Below are positions 63,236-64,000 of a DNA stretch of 64,000 nt, piece after piece. Each line of letters opens with the position of its first letter. Within the stretch, counting starts at the first letter, position 1. The notes below the pieces were generated by a model. That model worked only from the letters and a program-made list of their open reading frames with translations. It was not told the DNA's origin and made no database searches. This DNA comes from Fimbriimonadales bacterium (lineage in GTDB: Bacteria; Armatimonadota; Fimbriimonadia; Fimbriimonadales; JABRVX01): the NCBI GenBank assembly GCA_045862955.1, contig BTVI01000017.1:10558-74557 (forward strand), read 5' to 3'. Position numbers and translations under genes: made by a program.

Positions 63236-63361
63236 GCTGTCTCCACATACTCTATCTCCATGTTGTCTCCACATTATCTCTCTCTCCGTGCTGTCTCCAC
63301 ATAATCTCTCTCCGTGCTGCCTCCACATAATCTATCTCCGTGCTGCCTCCAGATTCTCTAT
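63231..63361. repeat. Five tandem ~26-bp units TCC(A/G)TG(C/T)TG(T/C)CTCCACAT..TCT.TC
   Basis: Units start at 63231, 63257, 63285, 63311 and 63337. Confidence 0.9.
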
Positions 63362-63372
63362 GTGTCTGGTCC

Positions 63373-64000
63373 GTCATGCTGAGCCTGTCGAAGCATGACG
63401 GCCACCTGCCGCGAACGAAGCATCATAACATGACAACCTTGCGGCTCTCCCCGTCATGCTGAGCCTGTCGAAGCATGACGGCCGCCTGCCGCAAACGCAG
63501 CATCATAACATGACAACCTTGCGGCTCTCCCCGTCATGCTGAGCCTGTCGAAGCATGACGGCCACCTGCCGCACCCTGCCGGGGCAAGCCGCCCCGCCCC
63601 CACGTACACCACCAACCCCGTCATGCTGAGCCTGTCGAAGCATGACAGCCGCTCGCCGCACCCTGCCGGGGCAAGCCGCCCCGCCCCCACGCACACCCCA
63701 GCCCCGTCATGCTGAGCCTGTCGAAGCATGACAGCCGCTCGCCGCACCCTCTCGCACGTAGCCAACGCTCTCCCACGCACACCCCAGCCCCGTCATGCGC
63801 ACCCGGGAAGAGGAACAACGCCACCCACCCCCGCCGACACCCCAAAACAACCAACAACGCGGCGCGCCCCGGCTGGGGGCGGCGAGCGGCCGTCTCGCCT
63901 CCACCGGCTCAGCATGCAGGGGTGGGGGGTGTCGGTGGGGGCGGGGCGGCTTGCCCCGGCCGGGTGCGGCAGGTGGCCGTCATGCTTCGACAGGCTCAGC
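63373..64000. repeat. Array of the 27-bp REP-like unit (continues past the window end)
   Basis: Forward at 63373, 63453, 63533, 63620, 63706; reverse at 63979; partial copies near 63792 and 63906. Confidence 0.93.

Overview
GC-rich bacterial chromosomal window. Its gene types (pseudopilin-like H-X9-DG proteins, a secreted protein with a dockerin-like tail) suggest Armatimonadota, which is inference only. Housekeeping content: folD-nusB-accC, a split F0/delta atp operon, pdxST, wecA/wecB/uppP, a sugar ABC transporter, a full Rrf2-sufCBD-Rieske-sufSU-sufT operon, class I aldolase, acpS, purN, a heavy-metal-type RND efflux operon and prfB with its programmed frameshift. The most interesting signals are unannotated. 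(1) About 34 copies of a 27-bp palindromic repeat form arrays and fixed-spacing doublets. One array carries a 48-bp copy of the neighbouring pdxT gene, and one solitary copy sits between exact 9-bp direct repeats. (2) A secreted Cys-rich uORF ends in RAPP and is followed by a perfect anti-SD, ahead of the RND operon. (3) A ~280-nt promoter-to-terminator structured RNA candidate lies upstream of the aldolase. (4) A BacNav-type channel has a TLEGWVE filter. (5) A GGA-rich 26-bp tandem leader precedes a small ORF. No cas genes, tRNA, rRNA or transposase were recognised.
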